Below, piece after piece: positions 9,185 to 16,545 of a DNA stretch of 27,123 nt (within the stretch, counting starts at the first letter, position 1; every line of letters begins with the position of its first letter). The DNA comes from a virus. Taxonomy: Duplodnaviria; Caudoviricetes. The DNA lies in IMG/VR virus record IMGVR_UViG_3300008255_000402, positions 1 to 27,123 of that record; one strand, written 5' to 3'. The notes beneath the pieces were generated by a model. The model saw nothing but the letters and a program-made list of their open reading frames with translations, ran no database searches and had not been told where the DNA came from. The position numbers and the translations under genes were made by a program.

Positions 9185-9213
9185 GATATGCGCCTTGGGG
9201 CGGCAAAAATCAA
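9185..9213 (-). promoter_or_regulatory. Sigma70-type promoter on the minus strand
   Basis: TTGATT (9213-9208), 17-nt spacer, CATATC (9190-9185); alphaproteobacterial TTGA-N17-CATAT style. Confidence 0.6.
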
Positions 9214-9292
9214 CTGAGGAGGAAATGATGATCTCGATGCAAGACAGGCTTTGCCGTTACATGGGGGAGCGGCTAGTGGCTCTGCTGCCAGA

Positions 9293-9541
9293 TCAGGCGC
9301 CCTCCGACCAGCGGTCTAAAAATGCGCGGACCTCGGGCAAGCCGACCATTGTGCCGTTCGACACGCGCTCCGCTTCACGCACGGCGCTATGCATTGCCGC
9401 AGCGATCTCGGTCTTCGCATTGGCGTCGAGAATGCCGCGCTTATCAAGTTGATGCAGCAGCGCGAGAACGCCAGAAAGGGCAATGCTCGCCGGCTGCACT
9501 GCCAGCTGCATCAATTGAAACATGTCGGGTTCTTCGGCCAT
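9293..9541 (-). CDS. Hypothetical 82-aa helical protein (moron)
   Basis: GGAG 9 nt before the ATG; protein-like composition; same strand as, and directly downstream of, 9600-10100. Confidence 0.6.
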   Translation of the reverse strand: MAEEPDMFQLMQLAVQPASIALSGVLALLHQLDKRGILDANAKTEIAAAMHSAVREAERVSNGTMVGLPEVRAFLDRWSEGA

Positions 9542-9599
9542 GGCGATTCGCTCCGGTTGGGGGCGGGCATTGCAGCGGCTGGCGGCGCGGGAGTCCAGC

Positions 9600-10100
9600 T
9601 TACCAGCAGTTCAACGTGGAGGTTACGACCGAATTTCCGCTCTCCATGCTGCCGGTCGTCGATGTGCTTAATTGGCACGTATGTGACGAGCTGAAGCCGT
9701 TATTGCTCCCGCGATTGGAGCCGTAATAGGGTTTCGGGGCTCTGCCGGTTGCGACCATCCAACCTCGAAATCTATTCAAAACCTCTGGCCACTTCACGCC
9801 GCCATTTTTTGTCTCTTCAGTAATGAGTTGCTTGATACGCCAGCGAGACGCGTCTTCGGTGACATCCATCGCCCATATCTCTCGAAGGAACCGCCAGTAG
9901 CGCTCCGCCCATTCCTCGGGGCAGGTTGGGCCGAGAAGCGGCGGACAAGCCTTGGCGGCCAAAGCGACGGCTTCCTCTCTTGTAGCGACAGGAAATGGAC
10001 CAGGATCTTCTTGTGGATTTATCTCCTGTGACATTGCCTCCTGCGCGTGTGCAGCAGCAGGTGCGGCGGAGATTAAAACCAAACAGATCATCAATCGCAT
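9600..10100 (-). CDS. Exported hypothetical protein (moron), 166 aa
   Basis: GGAGG 8 nt before ATG at 10100; signal peptide MRLMICLVLISAAPAAAHA-Q; two Cys pairs in the mature part; visibly lower GC than the flanks. Confidence 0.7.
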   Translation of the reverse strand: MRLMICLVLISAAPAAAHAQEAMSQEINPQEDPGPFPVATREEAVALAAKACPPLLGPTCPEEWAERYWRFLREIWAMDVTEDASRWRIKQLITEETKNGGVKWPEVLNRFRGWMVATGRAPKPYYGSNRGSNNGFSSSHTCQLSTSTTGSMESGNSVVTSTLNCW

Positions 10101-10127
10101 GACGCTCGCCTCCATAACGCTGCAAGC

Positions 10128-10156
10128 TTGACGAACGGGCCGGGCGCAGGCAAGCT
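10128..10156 (+). promoter_or_regulatory. Putative sigma70 promoter for the C4-type RNA/antirepressor unit
   Basis: TTGACG (10128-10133), 17 nt, CAAGCT (10151-10156), immediately before the first target hairpin. Confidence 0.5.
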
Positions 10157-10163
10157 TTTTGAC

Positions 10164-10184
10164 GGTGCTGAAAACACCATCGAG
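10164..10184 (+). promoter_or_regulatory. Upstream target site of the C4-type RNA
   Basis: GGTG-CTGAAAA-CACC hairpin then ATCGAG; complementary to GTTTTCAG and CTCGAT in the RNA. Confidence 0.75.
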
Positions 10185-10248
10185 CGGCGATCGCTCCGAC
10201 ACTGCGATGTTCCGATTTTCAGAACGGACCATCCCCTGACGGCTCTCG

Positions 10249-10320
10249 CCGGGAGTGCGCGAATAAAATACCCGCAAGGGGAATAAGCGCGCGTGTCTCG
10301 ATCACGTTTTCAGCTCCCGG
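10249..10320 (+). ncRNA. C4/CI-type antisense RNA (P1 C4, P4 CI architecture)
   Basis: Closing stem CCGGGAG/CTCCCGG; arm GCGCG/CGCGC capped by CCC-GCAA-GGG; hairpin GTG-TCTCGAT-CAC; single-stranded GTTTTCAG. Confidence 0.8.
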
Positions 10321-10370
10321 TTCTGGTCCGGTACCAGCGCACCAACGCGGGGCACGCCGTCCCTCGTTGG

Positions 10371-10392
10371 CCTCCTGAAAAGAGGATCGATG
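10371..10392 (+). promoter_or_regulatory. Downstream target site of the C4-type RNA, overlapping the antirepressor RBS and start codon
   Basis: CCTC-CTGAAAA-GAGG hairpin sequestering GAGG, followed by ATCGA running into ATG 10390. Confidence 0.75.
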
Positions 10393-11118
10393 ATGATTAT
10401 CAGCAAAGAGATTGAGGTATTCGAGGACGCGCAACTGGAGGTGGTCGGTTTAGGTGGCGAGAGGTGGTTGAGGGGTCCGCAGATTGCGGGTGCCTTGGGC
10501 TTCAAAAACCCGTCGAAAGCCATCTCCGACATCTACTCGCGGAACCGCTCTGAGTTTGATGACACTTGCACTCTTGTCATCGAAATGCCGACCAACAGCG
10601 GTCGCCAGCTCGTCCGGCTCTACAACGCCCGAGGTGCCGCGCTGATCGCCATGAAGGCGAACACGCCGAAGGGCGAGGCCTTCAGGCGCTGGGTGCTCGA
10701 CGTGCTGGAAGGAAAGGCAGCGGCCGACACGGGGCCTGTGACGCCGGCCAGCGACATGAACGGCACGGTGGCCTATCGACTGCGTATGATGTTTCTGGAA
10801 GCGCCAAAGATGCGGCAGCTTATTCGCCACAGGGTGCAGGGCCTCAACACCGGCGAGATCGCCAAGCTGCTGGATGTGTCGCGCGGCTATGTCTCTGGCC
10901 AGCTGCGCGTGGCGGAGTATCTTGGCCTGATCGAGCAGGACCCCAAGCTCGAAGTTTACAGGGCTGCCCCGCAATATCAGAAGTTCCTCAAGGGCAAGGC
11001 GGACTATTACCAGCGACAGAAAGCCAAGAAGGCGGCGGCGGCCAAGGCGCTGCCCGCGCCTGGCACCGGCAACACCGGCAGTACTGGCGATAGTGGGGAG
11101 GGCCAGCGCCATGACTGA
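10390..11118 (+). CDS. BRO-N domain antirepressor-like DNA-binding protein with C-terminal HTH
   Basis: WLRGPQIAGALGFKNP..AISDIYSRNRSEF...VRLYNARGA..IAMKANTPKGEAFRRWVLDVLE; HTH GLNTGEIAKLLDVSRGYV. Confidence 0.85.
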   Translation: MMIISKEIEVFEDAQLEVVGLGGERWLRGPQIAGALGFKNPSKAISDIYSRNRSEFDDTCTLVIEMPTNSGRQLVRLYNARGAALIAMKANTPKGEAFRRWVLDVLEGKAAADTGPVTPASDMNGTVAYRLRMMFLEAPKMRQLIRHRVQGLNTGEIAKLLDVSRGYVSGQLRVAEYLGLIEQDPKLEVYRAAPQYQKFLKGKADYYQRQKAKKAAAAKALPAPGTGNTGSTGDSGEGQRHD

Positions 11119-11371
11119 GATCGGCTGGAAGAAGGACGCCATGGCGGTGTTGAAGGCGGAGCTGCGGGCGCGCTCGGGCGCTGTGGGCGACGACAGTTTG
11201 CGCGCACACCTGAATGCGCAGGCCATTCGCGGCCTGGCAGCGATTGCCGGGCAAGCCGGGCAGCTCAACAATCTGCATGGCCCCGATCTGGAGGCGCTGC
11301 TGACGGTGATTGCCGAAAATGTCGAGCGTGCCCAGCTTTCGGCCGAGCTGGCGGCCTTGCGGCGCGCCTGA
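11111..11371 (+). CDS. Hypothetical 86-aa helical protein coupled to the antirepressor
   Basis: GGGGAGGG upstream of ATG 11111; 8-nt overlap with the upstream gene. Confidence 0.6.
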   Translation: MTEIGWKKDAMAVLKAELRARSGAVGDDSLRAHLNAQAIRGLAAIAGQAGQLNNLHGPDLEALLTVIAENVERAQLSAELAALRRA

Positions 11372-11379
11372 GGCAAACC

Positions 11380-11436
11380 GGGCCTGCCCGCCGCCCTGAT
11401 GATAGGGCCCTGATGATGGGGCTTGCGGGCAGGCCC
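11380..11436. terminator. Long hairpin with an internal 14-bp tandem duplication; probable terminator of the antirepressor unit
   Basis: GGGCCTGCCCGC (11380-11391)/GCGGGCAGGCCC (11425-11436) enclosing GCCCTGATGAT(A/G)GG x2; followed by CACTTT. Confidence 0.55.
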
Positions 11437-11604
11437 CACTTTCCAACTCGGCATTGCCGCGCCATAAGAGGCCCCTGAGAAGCGGCTGAGCGGCCTCCAA
11501 GCGCTCGCTGATCGCCGCTCAATTCAGCCCTGTCGTTCCAGCCAGTGATTTGCCGTCCGGGTGCGGACGGCATCGCCCGTGCCGGGCTGGTTCATCACAG
11601 GCTG

Positions 11605-12759
11605 GTGATCGGCTCCATCTTCTCTTCGCTCCGTGCGCGTGCCCTTGCGACGGCTTCGGCTGTCGGCTCTGATGAGCTGGTGACGGCGGGCGCGGCGGCG
11701 GTTGAAGCGCCGGATGACGGCGCGGCCACGGCGCGCATTCTGCTGCTGCCGATGGGTGCCATCGACACCCGAGACGGCCGTCATTTCCAGCTGGACGATG
11801 AAGCGCACGCCGCCGCTGTTGTGGCGGCCTCGCGGCGCTATGCCGGGCGCCGCGATATCCCGGTTGACTATGACCATCAGCTGGTTTTCGCCGTGGGCAA
11901 GGACAAGGGCGGGCGCGCGCCAGCGGCGGGCTGGATCAAGCCCGAGACGCTGACCGTGACAGCCGCCGGCATCGAAGCTGATGTGACCTGGACGACCACG
12001 GCCGCCGAGGCGCTGGCGCGGCGCGAATACCGCTATTTTTCCCCCACCTTCACCACCGACAAGGCCGGCCGGATCACCTCGATCCGCTTTGGCAGCCTTG
12101 TGAATGACCACGCGATCGACGCGCTGCCGGCCATCGCGGCCGCCTCCATTCCCGACGTGAACCCGCAGGAGACAGACGTGAATTATGCCAAGATTGCCGC
12201 CGCCCTGGGCTTGCCGCCCGAGGCGAGCGAGGACGATATTCTGGCTGCCATCACCGCGATGGCGATGCCCAAGGCGATGATGACGGCGGCGGCCGCGCAG
12301 TTCGGCCTGGCCGAGACGGCGACCGCGCAGGAGATCGTGACGGCCGCCACCGCCACTGCCGCTGCTGCTGCCGCTGCTGCACCGGCTGAGCCGGACCCGG
12401 CGAAGTACGTGCCGATCGAGGCGTTCAATGATGTCAGCGCCCAGCTCGCCACCGCAAGTGCTGCCGCCCAGGCGGGCGAGGCCGAGCGCCTGGTCACCGC
12501 CGCAGCGGAGGCCGGCAAGGTCTCCCCGGCGCTGAAAGGCTGGGCCACCAATTTCGCCGCCACCAACATCGATGGCTTCAAGGCCTGGGTGGAAAAGGCG
12601 CCGGTCATCGTCGCGGCCGGCGCTGTGCCAGCCGAGCAGCTCAACGCCGCTGCCGCCGGCTCAGGCGGCGATGGCCTCACCGACAGCGAGCGCGCTGTCA
12701 TCAAGCTCACGGGCGTGACGGCGGACGCCTTCATCGCCGCCAAGAAGAAGGGGATTTGA
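11605..12759 (+). CDS. Mu gpI-like prohead protease with C-terminal scaffold region
   Basis: ILLLPMG...DGR, IPVDYDHQ, APAAGWI, EYRYFSPTF, SLVNDHAI motifs; start uncertain (GTG 11545/11605/11680). Confidence 0.9.
   Translation: MIGSIFSSLRARALATASAVGSDELVTAGAAAVEAPDDGAATARILLLPMGAIDTRDGRHFQLDDEAHAAAVVAASRRYAGRRDIPVDYDHQLVFAVGKDKGGRAPAAGWIKPETLTVTAAGIEADVTWTTTAAEALARREYRYFSPTFTTDKAGRITSIRFGSLVNDHAIDALPAIAAASIPDVNPQETDVNYAKIAAALGLPPEASEDDILAAITAMAMPKAMMTAAAAQFGLAETATAQEIVTAATATAAAAAAAAPAEPDPAKYVPIEAFNDVSAQLATASAAAQAGEAERLVTAAAEAGKVSPALKGWATNFAATNIDGFKAWVEKAPVIVAAGAVPAEQLNAAAAGSGGDGLTDSERAVIKLTGVTADAFIAAKKKGI
12178..12759 (+). CDS. Internal in-frame scaffolding protein (Mu gpZ-like)
   Basis: AGGAG RBS then in-frame GTG at 12178, exactly at the protease/Ala-rich boundary. 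Confidence 0.7.
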   Translation: MNYAKIAAALGLPPEASEDDILAAITAMAMPKAMMTAAAAQFGLAETATAQEIVTAATATAAAAAAAAPAEPDPAKYVPIEAFNDVSAQLATASAAAQAGEAERLVTAAAEAGKVSPALKGWATNFAATNIDGFKAWVEKAPVIVAAGAVPAEQLNAAAAGSGGDGLTDSERAVIKLTGVTADAFIAAKKKGI

Positions 12760-12762
12760 TCC

Positions 12763-13179
12763 ATGGCTGCACTGACCACCACGCGTGACACGCCGGAACG
12801 CGGCGGCATCAACCGGGCGCCTGGCGTCGCGGCGGACGCCGTGATTTTCGCCGGCTCGCTCGTCTGCCTCAACGCCTCGGGCTTTGCAGTGCCGGGCGCT
12901 GTCGCCACCACGCTTACCGCCATCGGCCGCGCCGAGGCGAGCGTGACCGGCACGGCGACCGCTGGCGAAGTGACCGTGCCGGTGCGCTCGGGCGTCTTCC
13001 GGTTCAGCAATTCCACCGCCGGTGACCTGATCACCATCGCCGATATCGGCGAGGATTGCTTCGTGCTCGACGATCAGACGGTGGCCAAAACCGATGGCAC
13101 CGGCGCGCGCAGCCGGGCCGGTGTGGTGGTCGATGTCGACACCGCCGGCGTCTGGGTTCGCATCGGCCTGCGCGGCTGA
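12763..13179 (+). CDS. Capsid cement/decoration-like protein
   Basis: MAALTTTRDTP...IFAGSLV...ITIADIGEDCFVLDDQTVAKT...GVWV; lies between protease and capsid. Confidence 0.7.
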   Translation: MAALTTTRDTPERGGINRAPGVAADAVIFAGSLVCLNASGFAVPGAVATTLTAIGRAEASVTGTATAGEVTVPVRSGVFRFSNSTAGDLITIADIGEDCFVLDDQTVAKTDGTGARSRAGVVVDVDTAGVWVRIGLRG

Positions 13180-13204
13180 CCCCCTTTTTTCAGGAGACTG
13201 ACCA

Positions 13205-14104
13205 GTGATCATCAATTCCGGCAACCTCAAGACCCTCGGCACCAGCTTCAGCGCGCTCTACCAGGGCGGGCTCGGCATCGCGCCGACCGACCATCAGATG
13301 GTGGCGATGACCGTGCCCTCCACCACCGGCCAGAATGAATATGGCTGGCTCGGCAAGTTTCCCAGCGCGCGCGAGTGGCTGGGCGACCGGGTGGTGCAGA
13401 ACCTCAAGACGCACGACTACACGATCAAAAACAAGGACTACGAGCTGACCATCGGGGTCGATCGCAACGACATCGAGGACGACAATATCGGCATTTATTC
13501 GCCGATGTTCGAAGAGATGGGCGCTTCGACCGGCTCCAAGGCCTGCGAGCTGGTTTATGCGCTCCTCAACGCCGGCTTCGACACGCTGTGCTACGACGGC
13601 CAGAATTTCTTCGACACCGACCACCCGGTCATCCTCGAAGACGGCACGGCCGGCACGGTTTCCAACAGCGGCGGCGGTGCGGGCACGGCCTGGTTCCTCG
13701 CCGACCTTTCGCCCCAGCGCCGCCTGAAGCCGCTCATCCTGCAGATGCGCAAGGACTGGGAGTTTGTCGCCCGCGACAACCCACAGGACCCGAACGTGTT
13801 TGACCGAAAGGAGTTCAAATATGGCTCCGATGCGCGGATGAACGTGGGCTTCGGCTTCTGGCAGATGATCTACGGCTCGAAGGCGACGCTCAACGAGGCC
13901 AACTTCAAGGCGGCCTACGCAGCGCTCGAAGGCATGAAGGGCGATCATGGCCGGCCGCTCGGCCTCAAGCCGACGCACCTGATCGTGCCGCCCTCGCTGC
14001 GTGCCACGGCCACCGAGCTGCTCACCAACGAGCGGCTGGCCAGCGGCGCCACCAACACGACGCGCGGCTGGGCCACGCCGTTCGTCACGCCCTGGCTGGC
14101 TTGA
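13205..14104 (+). CDS. Mu gpT-like major head subunit
   Basis: CAGGAG RBS; YGWLGKFP..REWLGDR, DIEDDNIGIY, CYDGQNFFDTDHPV, GFGFWQM, PTHLIVPP motifs. Confidence 0.95.
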   Translation: MIINSGNLKTLGTSFSALYQGGLGIAPTDHQMVAMTVPSTTGQNEYGWLGKFPSAREWLGDRVVQNLKTHDYTIKNKDYELTIGVDRNDIEDDNIGIYSPMFEEMGASTGSKACELVYALLNAGFDTLCYDGQNFFDTDHPVILEDGTAGTVSNSGGGAGTAWFLADLSPQRRLKPLILQMRKDWEFVARDNPQDPNVFDRKEFKYGSDARMNVGFGFWQMIYGSKATLNEANFKAAYAALEGMKGDHGRPLGLKPTHLIVPPSLRATATELLTNERLASGATNTTRGWATPFVTPWLA

Positions 14105-14107
14105 TCC

Positions 14108-14635
14108 ATGAACCTCGGTGTCCTCCGCATCGTCTCGGCGCGCTGCCCGTATCGGCGCGCCGGGGTGAGCTTCGAGCCAAACGGCGCGCACAGCTACGGC
14201 GTCGCGCTGGTCGAGCGTGACGGCCTGCCCGAAGACCCGTTCGAGGCGGAGAAGGTGCTGGCTGCGCTACTGAGTGATCCGCACCTCGATGTGATGATCG
14301 GCGAGACACGCGACGGGCCTTTCGTTCCGCTGACGCTGGCGGACTTCGAGCCGAAAGGCCAGCCTGAGCCGGCGCGCGGCACGATCGAGATTGTGGGTGA
14401 GCACGCCCGGATGCTGGCCGAGCAGCGCCGCGCCCAGGATGCTGGCCCGATGGGCGACGAGCCGCCCGCCACCGAAACCCCGCCCGCCACCGAAACCCCG
14501 CCTGCTCCGGCAACAACAGCCGCAGCAGGCGAGGCCGCTCCCGCTGCCGCCGCGCCGCCGCCCGTGAAGCCAAAGGCCCCCGAAACGCCAAAAGCCATCA
14601 CGAAGCCGCGCGCCGGCAGCGGCAGCAAAAAATAA
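14108..14635 (+). CDS. Mu gp35/HI1506-like protein with Pro/Ala-rich tail
   Basis: LRIVSAR..YRRAGVSF...ALLSDPHLDV; position after gpT. Confidence 0.7.
   Translation: MNLGVLRIVSARCPYRRAGVSFEPNGAHSYGVALVERDGLPEDPFEAEKVLAALLSDPHLDVMIGETRDGPFVPLTLADFEPKGQPEPARGTIEIVGEHARMLAEQRRAQDAGPMGDEPPATETPPATETPPAPATTAAAGEAAPAAAAPPPVKPKAPETPKAITKPRAGSGSKK
14462..14497 (+). repeat. 18-bp in-frame tandem repeat x2 (PPATET)
   Basis: CCGCCCGCCACCGAAACC twice. Confidence 0.85.
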
Positions 14636-14676
14636 CCACCGCACCTGCGAGTGCCAACGAAGGGTGAAGCAGACGC

Positions 14677-15396
14677 GTGAAGATCAAGCAGCCCTTTGAG
14701 ACGCTTGCCTTGGGGCTCGGCTTTTCGGAGCCGATGGCCAGCGTTTCGGACGTCGCCGTCACCCCGCGCGGGCTGGTCGCTGCCGGTCCGGCGCTGGTGG
14801 CCGGCGCGCCGGTGGTGGACGGGCTGACAATCACGCTGCCGCTTTCTGGTGGCACCGACGGCGAACGCTATCTGATCACCGTGCAGGCCGCCGCTGCCAG
14901 CGGCGAACTGCTGGAGCGCGAGGCCGAAGTGGCCGTGGTCGATCTCAGTTGGGCGGTGCCCGAGGGCGGCACCAGCTACCTCACGGTCGCCAGTTTTGTC
15001 GAGCGCACCGGCCTCGATCTGGCGGTGCGGATTTCTGACACCGAGGGCAGCGGGCGGATCGAGGCGGCGCGGCTGGGCAAGGCGCTGGCCGATGCCTCGG
15101 CCGAGGTGGAAAGCTATCTGGCGGCGCGCTTTGCCCTGCCCATCGCGACGGTATCCCCGCTGCTTGAGGGGCTGGTTTTCGATATTGCACTCGCGCGCCT
15201 GTGGACCGGCGACGCGCCTGAAAGCGTGCGCGACCGGGCGACGGCAGCAACAGCGCGGCTGCGCGATCTGGCCAAGGGGCTGATCACGCTGCCGGGTGCG
15301 GCCGCACTCACGCCCGCCGATGCCTCGCCGGCGCCGGTGCTGACCGACGTCACCCAGGGTGCCTTTTTCAGCCGTGACCGACTCCGGAGCTTCTGA
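14677..15396 (+). CDS. Mu gp36-like head-tail adaptor (DUF1320) with an extra ~90-aa N-terminal beta domain
   Basis: gp36 part starts at SYLT...ALADASAEVESYLAARFALP...LRDLAKG...FSRDRLRSF; N-terminal KQPFE...LSGGTDGERYLITV...ERE. Confidence 0.8.
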   Translation: MKIKQPFETLALGLGFSEPMASVSDVAVTPRGLVAAGPALVAGAPVVDGLTITLPLSGGTDGERYLITVQAAAASGELLEREAEVAVVDLSWAVPEGGTSYLTVASFVERTGLDLAVRISDTEGSGRIEAARLGKALADASAEVESYLAARFALPIATVSPLLEGLVFDIALARLWTGDAPESVRDRATAATARLRDLAKGLITLPGAAALTPADASPAPVLTDVTQGAFFSRDRLRSF

Positions 15397-15887
15397 TGCT
15401 GGAATTCACCTTTTCCGACGCGCTGACCCCGCGCCTGCAGGCGGCGGCAGACGCGCACCTGGACTTCACCCCGGCGCTCGCGGCGATCGCGGACGCCATG
15501 CGCACATCGACGCTGGAGAATTTTGCGCAGGAGCGCGCGCCGGATGGCACGCCCTGGCAAAAGAGCCTTCGCGCCGTGATTGAAAGCAACAAGACGCTGC
15601 ATGACACCGGCAATCTGGAAAGCTCGATCGCGGCCGACAGCGATGCGACGCAGGCTGTTTTTGGTGTGAGCAGCGACAGCGGCGCGCAGATCTATGCCGC
15701 GATCCACAACAATGGCGGCACCATCCGCGCGCGGGCGGGCAGCGCCTTGAACACGCCGTTCGGCCCGCGCGCCTCGGTGCGGATGCCGCAGCGGCAGTTT
15801 CTGGGCTTTGGCCCTGATGATGTGGCGACGGTTGAAGAGCTGCTGGTGGCGCACATCGAGGCGGCTTTTGCGGGAGGCGGCGCGTGA
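15396..15887 (+). CDS. Phage virion morphogenesis protein (Mu gpG / P2 gpS-like)
   Basis: FAQERAPDGTPW, KTLHDTGNL..SI, YAAIHNNGG, MPQRQFLG motifs. Confidence 0.9.
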   Translation: MLEFTFSDALTPRLQAAADAHLDFTPALAAIADAMRTSTLENFAQERAPDGTPWQKSLRAVIESNKTLHDTGNLESSIAADSDATQAVFGVSSDSGAQIYAAIHNNGGTIRARAGSALNTPFGPRASVRMPQRQFLGFGPDDVATVEELLVAHIEAAFAGGGA

Positions 15888-16312
15888 AGTTGTCCGCAGT
15901 CATCGGACGACTGGCCGACATCGAGGGCGTGCGCGCGGTCGAGGATGTGCTGGCCGTGGCCGATCTGGCGACGAGCGCTGTGGCGATGCCGGCGCTGTTT
16001 GTCATTCCCGCCGGCGAGCAGTCCGGCGACATCCAGGAGGGCAGCAGCGTCACCGTGGTGCAGACCGTCATCAGCTTTGACGTGGCGATTTTGCTGAGTG
16101 CGGCCGCCGCGCGCGGGCGCAACCGCGACGAGCTGGAGACCATCAAGGCGGCGGTGATCGAGCGGCTGCTTGGCTGGACGCCCCAGGGCAGTGCGGGTGA
16201 AGCCTTTCGCCCGGTGGTGCCGGTGAGCGGGCGGCTGGCCGAAGCCGCCGGCGGGCGCGTGCTCTGGGTCCATCGTTTTCGCACTGTCACCAACCTCAGG
16301 AGCCTCTCATGA
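15884..16312 (+). CDS. Tail terminator-like protein (Mu gp37-like)
   Basis: PALFVIP, LLGWTP, LWVHRF motifs; position before the tube gene; GTGA coupling. Confidence 0.7.
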   Translation: MKLSAVIGRLADIEGVRAVEDVLAVADLATSAVAMPALFVIPAGEQSGDIQEGSSVTVVQTVISFDVAILLSAAAARGRNRDELETIKAAVIERLLGWTPQGSAGEAFRPVVPVSGRLAEAAGGRVLWVHRFRTVTNLRSLS

Positions 16313-16539
16313 GCCGCAAATCCTCCACGTCACCGGCCGGCCCGAGCTGGTTTGACCCGGCGCTGCACTTCATCGGCACCTTCGGGATCCACGACCGCGC
16401 CACCGGCGCGCTGCTCGATGCCCAGGGCCAGCCCGCCTCACCCGCCACCCACGCTGCGCTGGCCAAAATCCGGCCCATTTCTGTTGCCCCCGCTGCCGCA
16501 AATCTCGCCGCCTCTGCGGCGGGCGAACCAAAGGAGTAA
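16309..16539 (+). CDS. Small hypothetical tail-region protein
   Basis: AGGAG RBS, ATGA overlap, fills the gap to the tube gene. Confidence 0.55.
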   Translation: MSRKSSTSPAGPSWFDPALHFIGTFGIHDRATGALLDAQGQPASPATHAALAKIRPISVAPAAANLAASAAGEPKE

Positions 16540-16545
16540 TCCCCG

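Noticed and set aside
10101-10277. N-terminal extension of the minus-strand ORF 9600-10277
   Set aside because: Runs through the promoter and C4-type RNA region; the RBS and signal peptide support the start at 10100
10249-10320. tRNA gene
   Set aside because: tRNA-like size and closing stem, but no D or T loop consensus or anticodon arm; better explained as a C4-type RNA
11393-11422. Hammerhead ribozyme suggested by CUGAUGA
   Set aside because: No GAAA core element or suitable stem arrangement nearby
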